In this document: positions 63,335 to 64,000 of the stretch, in pieces
Layout of the letters: each line of letters begins with the position of its first letter
Position numbering within the stretch: position 1 is the stretch's first letter
NCBI GenBank assembly: GCA_025356435.1
Contig: JANXSY010000233.1
Location: 7-64,006, forward strand
Direction: 5' to 3'
Length of the DNA stretch: 64,000 nucleotides
Source of the DNA: Isosphaeraceae bacterium
GTDB lineage: Bacteria > Planctomycetota > Planctomycetia > Isosphaerales > Isosphaeraceae
Notes under the pieces: model-generated
The model's input: the letters and a program-made list of their open reading frames with translations, nothing else
What the model was told of the DNA's origin: nothing
Database searches by the model: none
Position numbers and translations under genes: made by a program

Positions 63335-64000
63335 ATGGCTACCGACCTCGGCGCCCAAGTTCTGGGCATTAAAGACGAATACAAGTACGGCTTCCACGAC
63401 TCCGACGCAAACTACTCGTTCAAGAGCGGCAAGGGGCTCACTCGCGATATCGTCCACCAGATCTCCGAGATGAAGAACGAGCCCCAGTGGATGCGCGACC
63501 TTCGCCTCAAGGCGCTCGACGTCTTCTGGTCGAAGCCCACCCCGCTCTGGGGCGGCGAGCTGAGCGAGCTCGACTTCAACAATATCCACTACTTTATGCG
63601 AGCGACCGACCGCCAGGGCAAGACCTGGGACGACGTGCCGGCCGACATCAAGAACACGTTCGAGAAGCTCGGCATCCCCGAAGCCGAACGGAAGTTCCTC
63701 GCGGGCGTTGGGGCGCAATACGACTCGGAAGTCGTCTATCACAGCCTCAATGAAGACCTTCAGAAGAAGGGCGTGATCTTCGTCGACACCGACACGGCGG
63801 TGCGCGACTATCCCGACCTGGTGAAGGAATACTTCGCCACGATCATTCCGATTCACGACAACAAGTTCGCCGCCTTGAACTCGGCTGTCTGGTCGGGTGG
63901 GTCGTTCGTCTACATCCCTGCCGGGGTGAAGGTTGATATCCCGCTTCAGGCCTACTTCCGGATCAATGCCGAGAGCATGGGCCAGTTCGAGCGGACGCTG
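63335..64000 (+). CDS. sufB: Fe-S cluster assembly scaffold SufB (5' part, runs off the right edge)
   Basis: ATG at 63335. [64 protein letters not shown]...[33 protein letters not shown] is the typical SufB N-terminal half. There is no stop in the window, so it is not in the track. Confidence 0.9.
   Translation, partial: MATDLGAQVLGIKDEYKYGFHDSDANYSFKSGKGLTRDIVHQISEMKNEPQWMRDLRLKALDVFWSKPTPLWGGELSELDFNNIHYFMRATDRQGKTWDDVPADIKNTFEKLGIPEAERKFLAGVGAQYDSEVVYHSLNEDLQKKGVIFVDTDTAVRDYPDLVKEYFATIIPIHDNKFAALNSAVWSGGSFVYIPAGVKVDIPLQAYFRINAESMGQFERTL

Overview
High-GC chromosomal segment that looks planctomycetal: a DUF1559 protein with a prepilin-like N-terminus ([27 protein letters not shown]), a DUF1501 protein, a PEP-CTERM tail, and many long antisense ORFs that are GC artefacts. 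I support about 60 protein genes, two IS-related elements (one only a fragment at the left edge) and several decayed genes. I saw no rRNA, tRNA or CRISPR array. Gene content, left to right: small tail-anchored or general-stress membrane proteins (DUF1328, CsbD-DUF883, DUF883 x2, YqjE/Holin-X-like, CBS pair) around an NtrC-type sigma-54 activator and a sensor-less histidine kinase; the Lhr-type helicase and PdeM half of a ligase-associated repair cluster; a frameshifted IS; a decayed EEP nuclease gene; a YtrA-GntR/ABC module; two paralogous di-heme DUF1111 proteins; a 37-bp repeat field; GT39; RNase E with a very large insertion; DUF2344; a ptsI-HPr-ptsN-hpf block; lactate permease; DUF1559 plus lipoprotein; a WD40-like protein; Rrf2 plus protoglobin; BlaI-like repressor plus M48 peptidase; Spy-like and YflT-like stress proteins; two tandem beta-propeller/phosphoesterase genes; a class A beta-lactamase-like gene; fucosidase; GT1; long-form ThiE; glutathione peroxidase; DUF1501; BON; sufR-sufC-DUF2442-sufB. 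The most interesting signal I can read directly is a set of near-consensus sigma-54 -24/-12 promoters, correctly placed in front of the membrane-stress genes next to the sigma-54 activator. Two similar elements sit in front of distant stress genes. Coordinates of short motifs that I counted by hand may be off by 1-2 nt.
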